From positions 1 to 33,579 of the forward strand of contig JBEDFI010000001.1 of NCBI GenBank assembly GCA_041175245.1: a DNA stretch of 33,579 nucleotides, written 5' to 3'. Both the position numbers and the translations under genes were made by a program. Source of the DNA: Bacteroidota bacterium. Lineage in GTDB: Bacteria; Bacteroidota; Bacteroidia; Sphingobacteriales; Sphingobacteriaceae. This document shows positions 30,960 through 33,579 of the stretch, in pieces (the first letter of the stretch is position 1; every line of letters starts with the position of its first letter). The notes beneath the pieces are model-generated. The model ran no database searches, was not told the origin of the DNA, and worked only from the letters and a program-made list of their open reading frames with translations.

Positions 30960-33579
30960 TTATTTCTTAATTATTTTATGAGTATATCTACGTTTTCCGG
31001 AAATTAGTTCAACAATATAAGTTCCAGCAGTTAGAGCGCTCACATCAATCGAAAAAGAGTTACCGTCACCCACCTCAATATCCGCAGTTAACAGACGTTG
31101 TCCGTTGAAATCAGATATAAAAAGTTTCGAATTTTCTTGTAATTCAATATCACTGCCCAGAGACAGATTTAATTCATTGGTGACCGGATTTGGATAAACC
31201 ATAAATCCTTTTTGTGTGACTGCTTGTGTGGAGGAAAGTTCTAATACAGGTTTTCTTAACAGTAAGTAGAAGTTGTCGAGGGTTCTTTGACCAGTAACTG
31301 GTGCAATTGATACATCGAATATAGATCCTTTATTTACTCTGTATTCAGTACCTTTAAGTTTATCTACCAAAAAGATTTCATGCTGGGCAGCATAATCTTC
31401 CGCATTAATCCTTAATACATAAGAACGGGCATTCAAATTCCATAACTTTAAATCAACTGAATCGCTCAGCAGATTGCTCAGCGGATTCTTACCTTCAAAT
31501 GCAAAATTCTTAGCGCCTCTTGAAAGTGCAATATTTTCATCTGGATTATTCAATTTATCCGCATCATCCACCCCTAACTCATCAGACCATCCATTAGCGT
31601 AGTATAATGTTGCAGCATCGGCTGCTTTCTTATCTAGATTCTCTTTTAGATAAATTAAAATTGAAATTCTATTCTCACCCACATCAGGCTGCAGATTGTT
31701 TGCAGAATTGGTGGAATTGGAAACAGGTGGGGAATCTACTGAAAAAATTGATTTCCGTCCATTGCTACCGGTGTACTTGTCAGTTTCGTTAAAAGTGATT
31801 GATGGACTTGAACCGGTGGTTTTTACAAAAAAAGCTTGCCCTGGCTGAATGTAGCGATCTAATCTTGAAGTGGTACCATTTTGTTTTTGTCCAGAATTTG
31901 TTCCAGGATTATAAATCCAGGCTTCAAATCCACCTCTTCCATTCGTTCCTGCAATGGTCGGATCCCAAACATAATAGGTATTGCTAACATTTTGTTTGGT
32001 AACCGTATGCCAATCTACATAAGCCCAGTATGGATTTCCGATAAATGACCAGGCATTGGTGGTGGCATTTAAACTAACTGCAGAAAGAACGCTGGTACCC
32101 GAACCTGTGGAATTAAATATAGTTTCACAATAGCATAACTGACCCGTTGTTCTGATCGTGGTTGAATCGGGCACAGGGGTATTCGTGTTCATGTTAACAG
32201 CCCGGCTTCCCCTAATCAAAATTCGATAAGCTTCTCCGAATTTCATGAGATCAGTACTCGCATTGTTTGTACTACTAACCGAAACCCAGGTTTGTGTAGC
32301 ATTATCGAATTTGAACAAACTTGGATTACCGGTCAGTGTGGCATCAAACCCATTTGCTCCAGTTGTGCTACCGGTAATATGAGTTCCATAGCCAGTTGTA
32401 TTATTTTGATAGCTGGCATATACCGTAGAAGTATTATTTTGACCTTCTTGCCAATTGTCACGAATAGTTCCTGTGGTGTTTACACCGGGAGTTAAAAATC
32501 TAAAAGCTCGTTGACTACCTGGAATCAGTCGCTCAACAATCACGTTACCATTAATGGTTGCGGCGTTTGAGCAATTTACAGTACCCAATATCCCCTCATC
32601 ACTGGCTGTACTTTTAAAAGTTAGGTTTCCATTCGTACTAAGTTGCCCACTATTTATCGACAATACCCCAATCATGTTAACCATGGTACCTACGTTATTG
32701 CTGATAGTTACTCCAGAGGTATTTTCAATTTTTAAGCTTTTAAAAGCTCCAGTACCTGAAATGGTCTGGGAATTGGTACCACTCAGTTCAAGTGTGCCCT
32801 CTCCGAGTGATTGACCGTCATTGCTAACATTGCCTTTTACTGACAATACCGTGTTGTTGTTGATAGTAATTTTCGCACCTGACTGAATTACTAAATCCTT
32901 GATGGAAACATCATTCCCTACTTCCGGATCATTAGTTATGCCCGAGGGAATACTGATTGAATAATCTACAGAAGGGCTAAGGTCATTTGGATTCCAGTTT
33001 GAACTACTTCCAAAAGAATTGTTACTGGCACCAGTCCAGACTAAAGGGTCGTTGTTATCCGCAATGGTCCCAGTAGAAAATGTACCGCTACTATTTGAAA
33101 TTTCTTTGGTTGTTGCACTTTCAGTAAATGAATTCGTTTTAATTACAAAATTTTCATTTACCTCCGGTCGAGAATCATCCGTAACAGAAACTCGCAGGAA
33201 TACAGTATTAGTTGTATTCGTTACAGTTATTGAACTAGTTAGATCTGACCAAGTTGAATTATTAAGCGAATATTGAATAGTTGAACCTAAATCACTTCCC
33301 ACAACTGCGGTCCCATCTATTAATGTTGGCGTAAAAGATATAGAATTACCAGTGGCTCTACTTTTTGAGAAGCTTAGTTCAAAGTTAATGTAGTTATTAC
33401 CCGAAGCCTCTATAACCACCGATGGATCTGAAATGCTGACAACTACTGTAGCATCTTGAGTGGTTTTTGCAGATTCCAAGTCAGTTTTTACGCCAGAAGA
33501 ATTAAACCTAAAATTAGACCCGACGCTGAAATTCGATTCGTAGCCAGGAAGAACAAATAAATATCTAGAGGTGCCACTG
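30960..33579 (-). CDS. Large surface protein with a Calx-beta-like domain and a T9SS type A C-terminal sorting domain (5' end outside the window)
   Basis: The C-terminus VYPNPVTNELNLSL...IDVSALTAGTYIVELISGKRRYTHKIIKK is a classic Por/T9SS CTD. The N-terminal visible part fits a Calx-beta pattern (FTPTLIDGTAVVGSDLGS...VFLRVSVTDDSRPEVNENFVI). The 'M' at 33479 in the ORF track is a TTG. I checked the frame from there to position 33579 and found no stop, so the gene is truncated by the window edge. Confidence 0.85.
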   Translation of the reverse strand, partial: SGTSRYLFVLPGYESNFSVGSNFRFNSSGVKTDLESAKTTQDATVVVSISDPSVVIEASGNNYINFELSFSKSRATGNSISFTPTLIDGTAVVGSDLGSTIQYSLNNSTWSDLTSSITVTNTTNTVFLRVSVTDDSRPEVNENFVIKTNSFTESATTKEISNSSGTFSTGTIADNNDPLVWTGASNNSFGSSSNWNPNDLSPSVDYSISIPSGITNDPEVGNDVSIKDLVIQSGAKITINNNTVLSVKGNVSNDGQSLGEGTLELSGTNSQTISGTGAFKSLKIENTSGVTISNNVGTMVNMIGVLSINSGQLSTNGNLTFKSTASDEGILGTVNCSNAATINGNVIVERLIPGSQRAFRFLTPGVNTTGTIRDNWQEGQNNTSTVYASYQNNTTGYGTHITGSTTGANGFDATLTGNPSLFKFDNATQTWVSVSSTNNASTDLMKFGEAYRILIRGSRAVNMNTNTPVPDSTTIRTTGQLCYCETIFNSTGSGTSVLSAVSLNATTNAWSFIGNPYWAYVDWHTVTKQNVSNTYYVWDPTIAGTNGRGGFEAWIYNPGTNSGQKQNGTTSRLDRYIQPGQAFFVKTTGSSPSITFNETDKYTGSNGRKSIFSVDSPPVSNSTNSANNLQPDVGENRISILIYLKENLDKKAADAATLYYANGWSDELGVDDADKLNNPDENIALSRGAKNFAFEGKNPLSNLLSDSVDLKLWNLNARSYVLRINAEDYAAQHEIFLVDKLKGTEYRVNKGSIFDVSIAPVTGQRTLDNFYLLLRKPVLELSSTQAVTQKGFMVYPNPVTNELNLSLGSDIELQENSKLFISDFNGQRLLTADIEVGDGNSFSIDVSALTAGTYIVELISGKRRYTHKIIKK

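Noticed and set aside
33477-33479. The ORF-track start ('M') of the T9SS protein at 33479.
   Set aside because: The codon is TTG, and the reading frame stays open with no stop through position 33579. The start is therefore an artefact of the ORF caller, and the real start lies outside the window.
1-33579. A search for CRISPR arrays, IS elements or transposases, integrases, toxin-antitoxin pairs and known defence-system genes.
   Set aside because: I found no direct-repeat/spacer arrays, no terminal inverted repeats around ORFs, and no ORF with recognisable transposase, integrase, nuclease-helicase or defence signatures. Every sizeable ORF is accounted for by the calls above.

Overview
The window is a densely packed chromosomal segment of Bacteroidota type. 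The evidence for that assignment is recurrent TAnnTTTG -7 promoter boxes, no Shine-Dalgarno sequences, a T9SS C-terminal sorting domain, an exosortase XrtF cassette and bacillithiol genes. I call 1 tRNA and about 29 CDS; no rRNA, CRISPR array, IS element, transposase, integrase or phage gene was seen. Positions 1-24.6 kb are housekeeping: tRNA-Ser(GGA), ansA, tatD-like, FKBP lipoprotein, nrnA, ndk, recF plus a DUF721/DciA-like gene, a TPR protein, ribH, ytxJ, osmC-like, lipA, uvrA, a lytic transglycosylase, an rluB-like gene, bshA, lnt, rsmI, serS, a SIMPL protein, and ileS-dksA-like-lspA. Positions 24.6-33.6 kb are envelope and accessory genes: a small membrane protein, an orphan RND/MMPL exporter, recO, a soluble PAS histidine kinase with a stand-alone receiver, and a co-directional run on the minus strand. 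That run is a large Calx-beta-like T9SS cargo protein (truncated by the right edge), then a 64-aa secreted mini-protein, then exosortase XrtF, then the XrtF-associated membrane protein. The best candidate for something new is the mini-protein. It consists almost entirely of a signal peptide plus a PEP-CTERM-like tail (P-I-D-G-G, one TM helix, KKAR), and its stop codon overlaps the XrtF start. It looks like a dedicated substrate or primer for an exosortase family whose function has not been shown experimentally, as far as I know. Other points of interest are two perfect inverted DnaA boxes in the SLT/rluB intergenic region, five near-perfect 33-nt tandem repeats in the N-terminal extension of the RluB-like protein, three genes with a -7 box exactly 4 nt before the ATG (possibly leaderless mRNAs), a 15-bp tandem duplication that copies a stop codon, and a series of tail-to-tail gene pairs with overlapping or abutting stops. 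All protein identities rest on motif recognition by eye, not on alignments or database searches.
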